DNA from: Tortispora ganteri
Lineage: Eukaryota
Reading direction: 5' to 3'
Assembly: GCA_003707115.1 (NCBI GenBank)
Contig: PPNB01000001.1
Span: 372,001 to 436,000 of the forward strand
Length of the DNA: 64,000 nucleotides
Shown: positions 11,270 to 21,460 of the stretch, piece by piece
Numbering within the stretch: the first letter of the stretch is position 1
Layout of the letters: each line of letters opens with the position of its first letter
The notes under the pieces: generated by a model
What the model saw: the letters and a program-made list of their open reading frames with translations, nothing else
Told to the model about the DNA's origin: nothing
The model's database searches: none
Made by a program: the position numbers and the translations under genes

Positions 11270-14200
11270 ATGTTGCTCAAAATACCAGTCCGTCACTATA
11301 TAATGTCTAATATTGCTCTTGTAAGTACACCATAGAATGATACTTTGTCTGTTTACTTCTTATCGGCTGCCCACAGCCTCATTAGACTTCTACTTGTTAC
11401 TAACCGCTCCTCTTTTTTAGTCCCGTTGCTCTATCTTGTCACGTGATAGGAATACCTCATTAGTCTCTTCGCACCTCGGGTCTCTCCGCACCTTGTCGAA
11501 AATGTCGCAGGACAATCTAATTCGTGGTAATGAGATCGCTGCCAGAATTCGGCAAAAGATTCATGCGGATATTCGCTCCGTTCAAGAAAGGATCCCTCGT
11601 TTTAAGCCCTCTCTGACTATTATACAAGTCGGTGAACGCCCGGACTCCTCGACCTATGTTCGTATGAAAAAGAAAGCTGCTGAAGAGGCCAAAATTGACT
11701 GCACCATCACCAAGTTAGATGACTCCGTGTCTCAACTAAAGCTACTGGAGCTTATTAGATCTATAAATACTGACCCGTCGGTACATGGACTTTTGGTACA
11801 ATTACCTTTGCCTGCACATATGGACGATGTAGTAGTCACCGAATCGATTGCTCCCGAGAAAGACGTCGACGGTTTCTCTACCATTCATATAGGCGAGTTG
11901 GCTAAGCGCGGTGGATCACCTATGTTTATTCCTTGCACTCCTAAAGGTATCATGACGTTAATTGCTGAAGCCGGCATTAATCCCGCAGGAAAGCTCGCTG
12001 TGGTTATCGGTCGATCGGACATTGTAGGGTCACCTGTTAGCTACCTGCTGAAGAACGCAGATGCCACCGTTATAATGTGTCATTCGCGAACTGAAAACCT
12101 GCCTGATATTGTCAAAACTGCTGATATAGTCGTCGCTGCTATTGGCAAACCCCACTTCGTTAAAGGCGCATGGATCAAACCGGGTGCTACAGTCATCGAC
12201 GTCGGAACTAACTACATCCCCGATGCCACTAAGAAGTCTGGTCAACGCCTCGTCGGAGACGTGGAGTTTGATGAAGCGGTAAAGGTCGCTGCAAAGATCA
12301 CTCCTGTCCCCGGTGGTGTTGGCCCTATGACTGTCGCTATGCTACTCGAGAACGTTTTTGAGTCTGCAAAGCGTTTCTTGGAGAAAGAGTCTCAGCGATC
12401 CATAACTCCTCTCAAGCTTAACATTGAAACTCCTGTACCTTCAGATTTTGAAATATCTCGTGCACAAACTCCGAAGAATATCGTTGACATTGCTCGCGAA
12501 ACTGGACTTGCGGAAAGTGAACTTGAACCCTACGGCTCATACAAAGCCAAAGTGTCACTTTCTGTGCTTGACCGTCTTGCTTCGCGTAAAAATGGCAAAT
12601 ACGTTTTGGTCGCTGGAATCACACCCACACCACTCGGTGAAGGTAAATCCACAACCACTGTCGGTCTTGTTCAGGCGCTGGCTGCGCATCTGGACAAGAT
12701 AGCTTTTGCTTGTGTGAGACAACCCAGTATGGGACCTACTTTTGGTATCAAAGGTGGAGCTGCTGGTGGCGGATATTCTCAAGTCATCCCCATGGATGAA
12801 TTCAACCTCCATTTAACTGGCGACATTCACGCTATCACTGCTGCCACTAATCTGCTCGCTGCTGCCATCGACACCCGCATCTTCCACGAAGGAACCCAAA
12901 AAGATGATGCCCTTTACAGAAGATTGGTACCGGCTAAGAAAGGAGTGCGCAAGTTTTCTCCTGTGATGCTGCGCCGCCTTGAGAAGCTTGGAATCAACAA
13001 GACAGATCCTAACGAATTGACTCCAGAAGAAATTACCAAATTTGCCCGCCTCGATATTGACATTGACTCTATTACTTGGCGCCGCGTGCTTGACGTCAAC
13101 GACCGTTCTCTTCGCGGAATTACTATTGGTCAAGCACCTACTGAGCGTGGGTTCACACGTGAAACCGGGTTTGACATCTCTGTCGCCTCTGAGTGTATGG
13201 CTGTACTTGCTTTATCTAATAGTCTACCTGATATGCGCGAGAGACTAGGTAATATGGTTGTTGCTTCGTCTAAGGACGGTGTTCCTATTACTGCTGACGA
13301 CATTGGATGCGGTGGTGCTCTTACTGCTCTGATGAAGGACGCTATCAAGCCGAATCTCATGCAGACCTTGGAAGGAACTCCGGTGTTTGTGCATGCAGGA
13401 CCTTTTGCCAATATCTCTATAGGAGCCAGCTCTGTCTTGGCAGACAAGATTGCATTAAAACTTGCTGGCACTGAACCAGAAGAGAATCCTAATGAAAAAG
13501 CTGGCTATGTTGTTACCGAAGCTGGCTTCGACTTTACTATGGGAGGAGAGCGTTTCTTCAACATCAAATGCCGCTCCTCTGGTCTCATTCCTGATGCCGT
13601 AGTTATTGTTGCCACAGTTCGTGCTTTGAAACTGCACGGAGGAGGACCTGATGTGAAGCCAGGATCTGCTTTGCCGCAGGAATACACAACTGAAAACGTT
13701 GAACTTCTACGCAAAGGCTGCGCCAATTTAGCTAAGCACATTGCTAACGTGCGTGAATACGGCAGACCTGTTGTTGTTGCCATAAACAAAATGACTACTG
13801 ACACTGATGCCGAAATCGCGGTCATTAGAGAAGAAGCAATCAAAGCCGGTGCATCGGATGCTGTTCCGAGTAATCACTGGGCCGAAGGAGGAGCTGGAGC
13901 TGTAGAGCTCGCTAAGTCTGTAATCAAAGTCTGCGAAGAAAGTAAGCCCGAAGATTTTCATTTGCTCTACGATGTTGACATCCCATTGGTGGATAAACTG
14001 AGAACGATTGCTCAGAAGATGTACGGTGCCGCTGATGTCGAGCTTTCTGAACTTGCCCAGAAGAAAGTTGACTTATACACGCAGCAAGGGTTTGGATCCT
14101 TACCTGTGTGCGTTGCCAAAACCCAGTACTCTCTTTCACATGATCCTGCACTTAAGGGAGTTCCTACTGGATTCACGGTTCCTATTCGCGATGTCCGAGC

Positions 14201-14327
14201 CTCTGTCGGTGCTGGATATCTCTACGCTCTGGCAGCAGATATCATGACGATTCCCGGTTTGCCAACACATCCTGGCTTTATGGATATTGAGGTCACCGAT
14301 GACGGAGAAATCAATGGGATGTTTTAA
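11270..14327 (+). CDS. ADE3: C1-tetrahydrofolate synthase (trifunctional); exons 11270-11320 and 11421-14327; second in-frame ATG at 11502
   Basis: Dehydrogenase/cyclohydrolase domain ([22 protein letters not shown]) plus FTHFS domain ([25 protein letters not shown]). The upstream exon splices in frame. Confidence 0.95.
11321..11420 (+). other. spliceosomal intron of C1-THF synthase (100 nt, phase 0)
   Basis: GTAAGT at 11321, TACTAAC at 11398-11404, then a pyrimidine tract and TAG ending at 11420. Joins a 17-codon exon in frame. Confidence 0.88.
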
Positions 14328-14458
14328 CCAGCGATTTCACCTTCCACACTCTTTCAACAATAACTGTAATCTTAATACATTCATCTGTATTTAATAGCGA
14401 GGTCCAGGGTAGTACAAAAGAATCTGGGGTAAGTCGGGTTGCTATGCAATTTTTGCAG

Positions 14459-14502
14459 CCAATAGGAACTTCTGTAATTTGATCGTCAAGTCAAGGCCCA
14501 AT
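14459..14502 (+). promoter_or_regulatory. two CCAAT boxes upstream of SDH2 (HAP complex candidates)
   Basis: CCAAT at 14459-14463 and 14498-14502. Respiratory genes are typical Hap2/3/5 targets. Confidence 0.35.
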
Positions 14503-14606
14503 TTAAAGAGAGCTGCACTTTACCTTGCGACCTATTTAATTTCGAATCTTCCGCATTTCTCCTGCTTCTTGTAGTTCACCGTTGCACCGAAACAGCTGCT
14601 TCAAGT

Positions 14607-15395
14607 ATGCAGTCTTTCAGAAGTATTATGAGAGCGCCGATGCCGCGACTGGCTATACGCACTATGGCCACTGAAGCCAAAACCCCCCGTTTGAAATCCT
14701 TCCAGATCTACCGATGGAATCCTGACACTCCGGAACAGAAGCCTCACATGCAAACATATCAAATCGACCTTAACGAATGTGGTCCTATGGTTCTCGATGC
14801 TATTTTGAAGATTAAGAACGAGCAAGACTCCACTCTCACCTTTAGAAGGTCATGTCGTGAGGGTATTTGCGGCTCATGCGCTATGAATATTGGCGGCAGA
14901 AACACTCTTGCCTGTTTATGCCGAATTGACACCGATACCTCCAAGGATCTTAAGATTTATCCCCTTCCTCACATGTACGTTGTCAAGGACCTTGTTCCTG
15001 ACTTGACGCATTTCTATCAGCAATATAAGTCTATCAAGCCATACCTACAGCGTTCCACTTTCCCTGAAGACGGCAAGGAAGTTCTTCAGTCTGTTGAGGA
15101 CCGCCATAAGCTGGATGGTCTCTATGAGTGTATTTTGTGTGCATGCTGCTCTACCTCTTGCCCCTCATACTGGTGGAACCAGCAAGAGTACCTTGGACCG
15201 GCTGTGTTGATGCAGGCCTACAGATGGATGATCGATAGTCGAGATGAGGCCGGAGAGGAGAGGCGTGCTAGACTTGAGAACTCAATGAGTCTTTATCGCT
15301 GCCATACAATCATGAATTGTGCCCGCACCTGTCCCAAAGGCCTGAACCCCGGTCTTGCAATTGCAAAAATCAAGAAGTCTATGGCTTTCACGTAA
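14607..15395 (+). CDS. SDH2: succinate dehydrogenase iron-sulfur subunit, mitochondrial
   Basis: [31 protein letters not shown] and [17 protein letters not shown], with an Arg-rich presequence. Confidence 0.98.
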   Translation: MQSFRSIMRAPMPRLAIRTMATEAKTPRLKSFQIYRWNPDTPEQKPHMQTYQIDLNECGPMVLDAILKIKNEQDSTLTFRRSCREGICGSCAMNIGGRNTLACLCRIDTDTSKDLKIYPLPHMYVVKDLVPDLTHFYQQYKSIKPYLQRSTFPEDGKEVLQSVEDRHKLDGLYECILCACCSTSCPSYWWNQQEYLGPAVLMQAYRWMIDSRDEAGEERRARLENSMSLYRCHTIMNCARTCPKGLNPGLAIAKIKKSMAFT

Positions 15396-15541
15396 CGGTT
15401 CTCACTTCTCCCCCCGTCCCACTATTCCGACCACTCCTACTATTCCCGACACTTGTCTGTCTAAATATATGAAACTAAATAACAAGAATCATCATGTTCT
15501 CTAGACTATATGTAGATTATTTGAGTGATAGCTATTGTACA

Positions 15542-16729
15542 TTACAGGTCAAAAGATAAGACGCGTGAGAACATGAAGGGTTTATCGTGCCGTAGAGAGA
15601 ACTCTGCCCGGCTATCTGTGAGTCTGTTCACGGACCAGAATGCATTCCACGTTAATCTATTATGTCTCCGAGTGCCGTATGACTTCATTGTGAGATCCAT
15701 GTAAAAAATATACCGGGATACTGTACCCTCGGTTTCAATGTGGAGCCTGCCGTTTTCTGACATAGTCCACCGGCCTCTGTATAGCTCTTCATTATCTTTA
15801 GAAAGCTTCGGGACTATTTCTGATGGCTCTTGTGTAGACAGAAAACTGACGCAAGACCTATTTGGAAAAAATCTTAAGTAGCGATAGTATGTAACGATGT
15901 GATATGGTGTATTCCACATGTCTTCTGAGAGGCCTGGACGTTGATAGGTGCAAGTCGATATGTAAACGCCATTGAACCTGAGAAACGGGCGTTTCTTGTA
16001 CATGAGCCTCCAATCAGAATTAAACGAAGCAGCGCAAACTAGGCGCTCCTGTTCTGTGTAAGGGGCAATGAGTTCACGAGGAGGGGTATGGTCTTCGAAT
16101 GTTTCATGCAAATAGGTGGCAAGACATATGTTCTTCCACACATAAGCACTTTGACCGAGGCGATTAAGTTTCTTGTTAAGATTTATGAAGGTTATAAAAT
16201 CGTGAATGTCATTGAGAGCTGTGTGCAGCAATATCGACTCGATGATCTCATCTGGCAGGTTCAAAAAGAGAGACGTCGCGTCGGTTTGTGGATCCGATAA
16301 GCACAAATCAGATAAGCCCTTTTCCAAATCTCGCGAGTTAGTTTCGGCTAACTGGCTGCGGGTTTTACTGAAATGCAGCTCCTTGTAGACCGTATCTATG
16401 TTTGGATTCTTCTTGTGCGCTTGTCTGTAAAGGCGTACGGCTTCTGAAACCTGACCTACTTTCTCCTTGGCAATAGCCTCCTCATAGAGTTGAATTGCTG
16501 GCTTATTTGAAGATTTGGCAACACTGCGTACAGTACTGAGTTTGGTTTCCGGATCAGTGACGACGTATACTCGGTCTATCTCCTTTGCTGGCCGGAAATA
16601 TGTGTCTGCAGCAGGTGTATCAGAAGGAGTAGATTGGCTAGGTTCATCTAAATCTGAGAAACTGCGATCTGTTCGCGTCAGATCGTTCAGCCATCTCTGT
16701 CTAAACTGCTCGAGGTCCACGCTACTCAT
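15542..16729 (-). CDS. HRT3: F-box protein, Hrt3/FBXO9/Pof7 family
   Basis: LEQFRQRW N-terminus, TPR-like AIQLYEEAIAKEKVG, F-box LPDEIIESI, and RFNGVYISTCTYQRPG...VTYYRYLRFF. Confidence 0.88.
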   Translation of the reverse strand: MSSVDLEQFRQRWLNDLTRTDRSFSDLDEPSQSTPSDTPAADTYFRPAKEIDRVYVVTDPETKLSTVRSVAKSSNKPAIQLYEEAIAKEKVGQVSEAVRLYRQAHKKNPNIDTVYKELHFSKTRSQLAETNSRDLEKGLSDLCLSDPQTDATSLFLNLPDEIIESILLHTALNDIHDFITFINLNKKLNRLGQSAYVWKNICLATYLHETFEDHTPPRELIAPYTEQERLVCAASFNSDWRLMYKKRPFLRFNGVYISTCTYQRPGLSEDMWNTPYHIVTYYRYLRFFPNRSCVSFLSTQEPSEIVPKLSKDNEELYRGRWTMSENGRLHIETEGTVSRYIFYMDLTMKSYGTRRHNRLTWNAFWSVNRLTDSRAEFSLRHDKPFMFSRVLSFDL

Positions 16730-17124
16730 TGTCCGGTTCTAATGCACAGCCAAAATGTATATATGTATATTAGCAGCATATGGTTTAGTCGGCTACATTT
16801 CATAGATTATTACTGTGAACCTTAAATTTAGATCAATCCCCGAGTTTGGATAAACTTTCTACAATAAAGTTTATCGGTCACTGAGCTTCCGGTATAAAGA
16901 ATTCACAGATAGAGGCAGTGCACGATTTTCATTCCTCACGTATAAAACTCATAGACGGACCTGTTCGCTGTGTTCATCGGACTTCATGCTTCAGAACAGA
17001 ATTTTGCTTTTTGTTTATCTGCACGACTTCTAAGCCCACTGTATAATAAAGAATTGTGGTCATATGGTCAAGGAGGCAATCATCCGCGAATCCCGTTCCG
17101 ATACCTTCTGCATCAGATTCTACA

Positions 17125-18732
17125 ATGTTACCACACATATTGCTTTTGGTGTTTCAAGCGTTTTGCCACATTGCAGCTGCGGAATATGATGAATACTCCA
17201 TTGATTTAATTGCAGCTGCTTCTACTATCACGAGAATATACGCAAACTATACCGTCAAGTCATCCTACCTTACAGTCGATACCAAAGATATATCATACTA
17301 CCCTTTTGGCGCTGTGCAATTGACATATAGCTCTTTAGATGAGCGGAGAAGCGTTGCTTATATTGATGGAATTGCTCCGCGTGATTCTAACGGCTTTGCA
17401 GATACAGTATATACATCTTCTATCGCTTTGGTATCATGTGACTACGCAAATGCTACCACTAGGTTCTTGACTGTCTATAGCATGACAAATGTATCCGTCA
17501 TACTTATGTATTCTCTTTATTACGACTACTGTGCCTTGTCATCATCTTTTGGTGGTTCATTTTCCAAACCAGTATTCTCCCTTACTTCTCGCGATGCCTC
17601 TGCCTTACTAACGACCGCGATAACGTCTACTACACAGCCCGTTATCGTTACATTGGAACCGTCGTCAGTTAGCAGATCTAAGTTCTCCACCGCTATGGCA
17701 TTCCTTTATGCTGTGCTAGGGCTGGGCGTTGTATTCGTGTTGGCTCTTTTATTCTACTACATTCGCAGACCTTATATGAGAAACCAAGCGATGTTGAGAG
17801 ACCAAGAAGCTTTTAGGTATAACGACCAACGCCTAGCTCCTCATGGGCTTGCCACACAAGTTCTTGACTCTATCCCGTTGTTTAGAGTTAACAAACAACA
17901 CGCAAAATCTATTGACGATAACGCATCTGTACGCAGTGAGAACAAGGAAGTTGCTTCGCCTAACACATCGACAAATACTAAGGCAGTTCTTGGTTCTAAC
18001 ATAGTTTCGTCTACTTCCGCTGCCACTACTACAGTTAGTACGGACCATTCTCACTTTGATGAGGCTGATGATTCCGACTCCGAAACTATATCTACACGCA
18101 ATATGGACATTACTGATAATAATACAGCTGTTGACACTGGCAACAATGGTACATCAGCTAGTGGCATCACAGATTCTGATGTCAGATCACTTGCGCTGGC
18201 TGATTCATCGTCAGATATTGACGATCTTCCGGACATATCTCTAGATGAGCTTGTAGACACTCGCTGTCCTATATGCTTTGAATCATTTTCTGAAGGCGAG
18301 AAACTCAGAGTGCTGCCTTGCTCACATAAATACCATTCTGCATGTGTTGATCCATGGTTATTGAACAGATCAACTCAATGCCCACTTTGCCGTGTGGATT
18401 TGTCTATACGAGAGTTGTCAACTAATGAGAACGAGTCTCAAGATACAACACTAAATACAGATGGAAATGCAGATAGAGGCACAGATACTCCAACAACCAA
18501 CCACGAGGGACACCGTCACACACGAATGGCTGATCTAATTAATAGCTTAATCATTCCCTATGAAAATCGGGGACAGTCTTCAGTGACCATTTTACAGGAT
18601 TTCCGTATTCCACAACAACATACTACAGAAGGGACATCTCAAACACACAGATGGAATCGGTTTGTATTGTCAAGATTCCACATCAATCGACAAAGGAATC
18701 AAGGTCCTTCTACCAACCAACAGAACGAATAA
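17125..18732 (+). CDS. signal-peptide, single-TM RING-H2 E3 ubiquitin ligase (PA-TM-RING-like)
   Basis: ATG 17125 starts a hydrophobic signal (MLPHILLLVFQAFCHIAAA). TM segment AMAFLYAVLGLGVVFVLALLFYYI. RING-H2 CPIC...LPCSHKYHSACVDPWL...CPLC. Confidence 0.85.
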   Translation: MLPHILLLVFQAFCHIAAAEYDEYSIDLIAAASTITRIYANYTVKSSYLTVDTKDISYYPFGAVQLTYSSLDERRSVAYIDGIAPRDSNGFADTVYTSSIALVSCDYANATTRFLTVYSMTNVSVILMYSLYYDYCALSSSFGGSFSKPVFSLTSRDASALLTTAITSTTQPVIVTLEPSSVSRSKFSTAMAFLYAVLGLGVVFVLALLFYYIRRPYMRNQAMLRDQEAFRYNDQRLAPHGLATQVLDSIPLFRVNKQHAKSIDDNASVRSENKEVASPNTSTNTKAVLGSNIVSSTSAATTTVSTDHSHFDEADDSDSETISTRNMDITDNNTAVDTGNNGTSASGITDSDVRSLALADSSSDIDDLPDISLDELVDTRCPICFESFSEGEKLRVLPCSHKYHSACVDPWLLNRSTQCPLCRVDLSIRELSTNENESQDTTLNTDGNADRGTDTPTTNHEGHRHTRMADLINSLIIPYENRGQSSVTILQDFRIPQQHTTEGTSQTHRWNRFVLSRFHINRQRNQGPSTNQQNE

Positions 18733-18745
18733 GGTGAAGAACCTT

Positions 18746-18805
18746 TCTCTCTTTGTTTTTTCTCTCTTTGTTTTTTCTCTCTTTGTTTTTTCTCTCTTTA
18801 TTTTT
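18746..18805. repeat. tandem repeat, 4 x 15 bp (TCTCTCTTTGTTTTT)
   Basis: Three exact copies plus one with a G>A change, directly after the RING gene stop. Confidence 0.95.
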
Positions 18806-18931
18806 TGGTTTTTAATTTTTGCATTTTGCATTTTGCATCAACAGTTAATGACACGGATCTTATCGTATGTTTTATATTCTTCCATTGTTCCCACGTAACG
18901 CATCATTTACCACGTTCATTTTTTACGCATA

Positions 18932-19294
18932 ATGGGTGAATATTTACCCAAAAAACCATTCAGATCAACCAAACAAGAAATAGCATGGCGGAATTCATTT
19001 CGCGGAAGGTACATGACTGCAGTTAGAAAACATTCATTTTTGTTTTTAGGTCTACCGTTCTTTGTGCTGCTATTTGCCGGGTCAGTTGTCCTGTCGCAGT
19101 TCACCGCTGTCAGGTATGAGAAATATGATCGCAAAATAACCCAAGTCTCCGAAGAAGAGGCTTTAAGTGTTAAAGGAAATCGACGCAAAGTAAACCCACG
19201 CGATGAATACTACAAGCTCCTGCAGCTCGGCGAAAAGGACTGGGATCAAAAGCGAGTCCCTCGACAAGAAGGCGAAGACGAGAACGTGTGGTAA
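18932..19294 (+). CDS. COX16: cytochrome c oxidase assembly protein Cox16
   Basis: RKHSFLFLGLPF..GSVVLSQFTAVRYEKYD, EYYKL, and DWDQKRVPR. Confidence 0.92.
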   Translation: MGEYLPKKPFRSTKQEIAWRNSFRGRYMTAVRKHSFLFLGLPFFVLLFAGSVVLSQFTAVRYEKYDRKITQVSEEEALSVKGNRRKVNPRDEYYKLLQLGEKDWDQKRVPRQEGEDENVW

Positions 19295-19587
19295 TGCCCT
19301 TCTGTATTCGACATTTATGTAAATATTAAGCTGCATCTCTAGAAATTTTGTTTCAGCTGCCTTGATAGCTTCTTAGCAGCCTTCATTGTGCGCCATCATT
19401 AGTGCACACGTCGCAAGCGGCACTGGTTCGTATTTCGGATAATTGCACCAGCGATTACATCTCTTCTACAACTATTCTACTGTTTAATCTACATCTTTAG
19501 CATTGTCCGGTATATCTATTTTTTCTTGAGCTGCCTTGCAGCTCTGAATGTGAAAGATGGTTATTTTGTGTGCCTCGTGAAATAGTT

Positions 19588-21126
19588 TTACAACATATGC
19601 GACCTGCGGTTATCTAGTTTGATATCGGCAACTATTCGATCAAGTTTTTCTTCTGCATTAAAAGTGAACAAGTCTGTGAGTTTTTTCAGCAAATCATCCA
19701 GGTATTGGTCATCAATAAGTTCTGCTCCTGGAACAGAGAGATGTAAGCGCAAGGCAATGCGTACTATCGCAAGTACCACCTCGGCGCTTTTTATATCCCC
19801 CACAGAGCTCGATTTTTGTGTCACTATCTCCTCAACTAAACGCCTCACAGGATTGCATTCTGTGTATAGTTCAGCATCATAATACTGGTAGTACGCTTTC
19901 ATCATATGAGAAATTATATCCCAGTACACTTGCAGTGTGGTATACTCGCCATTAGAGTCTATGTCTGAAGAATCGTACTGGAAATCACAAAGTAGAAACA
20001 GAGTATCTGCGGTTAGCGGTTTTTCACTCATAAGTCTTGCAAAACTAAGAACTAGGGTCGATATATCACCACCTATCCTCTGTCGCATGTTTTTAGCGTA
20101 TACTGCAGTTTTTACGCACAATTTCATGAATCTGTTGCAAATGTTTGCATAATCAACAGTCCGTTCGATTTGCTTAGATTCATTATACACTTCATTTTTA
20201 GAGATCTCTACTTGAGTGTAGAGTTCTAAATCTTTAAATGACCTTTTGACTGCGTCTAAGTTCTGTTTTAAGTCGTCGTCACCGAACATCCCTTCCATTA
20301 TATGATTCCACTGTATTTTAGCAGTAATGCTTTCGCCAATTATGTAAGAGCGTAGAATTAGTTTCTGCGGTGATTTTTTCATGCTTAATGTGTCATATTC
20401 CAGTATGTCTGCCAATATATTTAAGAACCAACTGGTAGTTGAGGCGACGACTTCATACTTCGGCATCGAGGAATACTGCTCAACCAATTTGACCAAGTAG
20501 CATATCAGGGGCCATATTGCAGCTTCTCTAGATCCAGAATTATCGTATGTAAGGTCCCATAAACTCTTTTGGCGCGCTTTTATAAGATACCTGTGGGTAT
20601 TGTTTCTATCCATGCCCGTGGTTCGTGCCCTAAACGACAAAACAGGAATGAGAGCGTGAGGTCCAAAAACTGTGTAAATCTTTTGCAATAATTCTACAGC
20701 TTTCATTCGCAGCGCATTATTTCTGTTGTGGATTTGTAATTTCACAGCTTCAGACGCTTCTTCCTTGGGCTTGATGTCTCCTAGAGTGCCAATCGATAAC
20801 GCGATCAGGACAGAGACGAACCTGTCTTGGACAAGGAATGCGACTGCATCTGGCGAATCACGCAAGCTATAATCAGGTTTATGTATTTTTAAATACACTA
20901 ATACGTCATTAGTGTAGTCATCTAAAAGCTCCATTCCTTCTTCATACAATGCTTCGTCAAAACGCGCATCAATGTTCTGTGAAATAGCCTTCTGCAACAA
21001 AAATAGCTGTGCGATTTCAGGCTCTTTCGGTATCAGTTTTTCTCTCTTCTGAGGTTTCTTGCTAAATGATATATTCATATCATTATGTTTCGATGTTCTA
21101 GGCCGTTTTAGAAGAAATTTATCCAT
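19588..21126 (-). CDS. uncharacterised helical nuclear protein, possibly Smc5/6 loader subunit Nse5
   Basis: Long ORF. First ATG at 21126 gives MDKFLLKRPR (NLS-like). Only weak motif resemblance to Nse5-like proteins. Confidence 0.7.
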   Translation of the reverse strand: MDKFLLKRPRTSKHNDMNISFSKKPQKREKLIPKEPEIAQLFLLQKAISQNIDARFDEALYEEGMELLDDYTNDVLVYLKIHKPDYSLRDSPDAVAFLVQDRFVSVLIALSIGTLGDIKPKEEASEAVKLQIHNRNNALRMKAVELLQKIYTVFGPHALIPVLSFRARTTGMDRNNTHRYLIKARQKSLWDLTYDNSGSREAAIWPLICYLVKLVEQYSSMPKYEVVASTTSWFLNILADILEYDTLSMKKSPQKLILRSYIIGESITAKIQWNHIMEGMFGDDDLKQNLDAVKRSFKDLELYTQVEISKNEVYNESKQIERTVDYANICNRFMKLCVKTAVYAKNMRQRIGGDISTLVLSFARLMSEKPLTADTLFLLCDFQYDSSDIDSNGEYTTLQVYWDIISHMMKAYYQYYDAELYTECNPVRRLVEEIVTQKSSSVGDIKSAEVVLAIVRIALRLHLSVPGAELIDDQYLDDLLKKLTDLFTFNAEEKLDRIVADIKLDNRRSHML

Positions 21127-21460
21127 AATAGAATAATGCACAATGTGCTTGTTGCATTCAATCGAAGCATAAGAAGATCTAAAAAGTCTAATCTCATGGG
21201 ATAAACAGTTCGAGTATGAAAAACTTGTATAAGATAATGCTACATGAAATATAATAATAGAAATGCTTTCGCGCCTACCAAAATCATGCAAATGTAAGAA
21301 TTCAGTAAGGAGCGCATACAATCTTCAGTAAAGGAAAGCCTTGAACCCTTTCAACGTCATATTGCAAGACATTATGACTTTCTTCGTAAATCTTCCCCCA
21401 TTCCCTTTGGTTTCTCTCTTCGTTTTGTTCCAATCAATTAGACCGCCTAACCGTTCCGTT

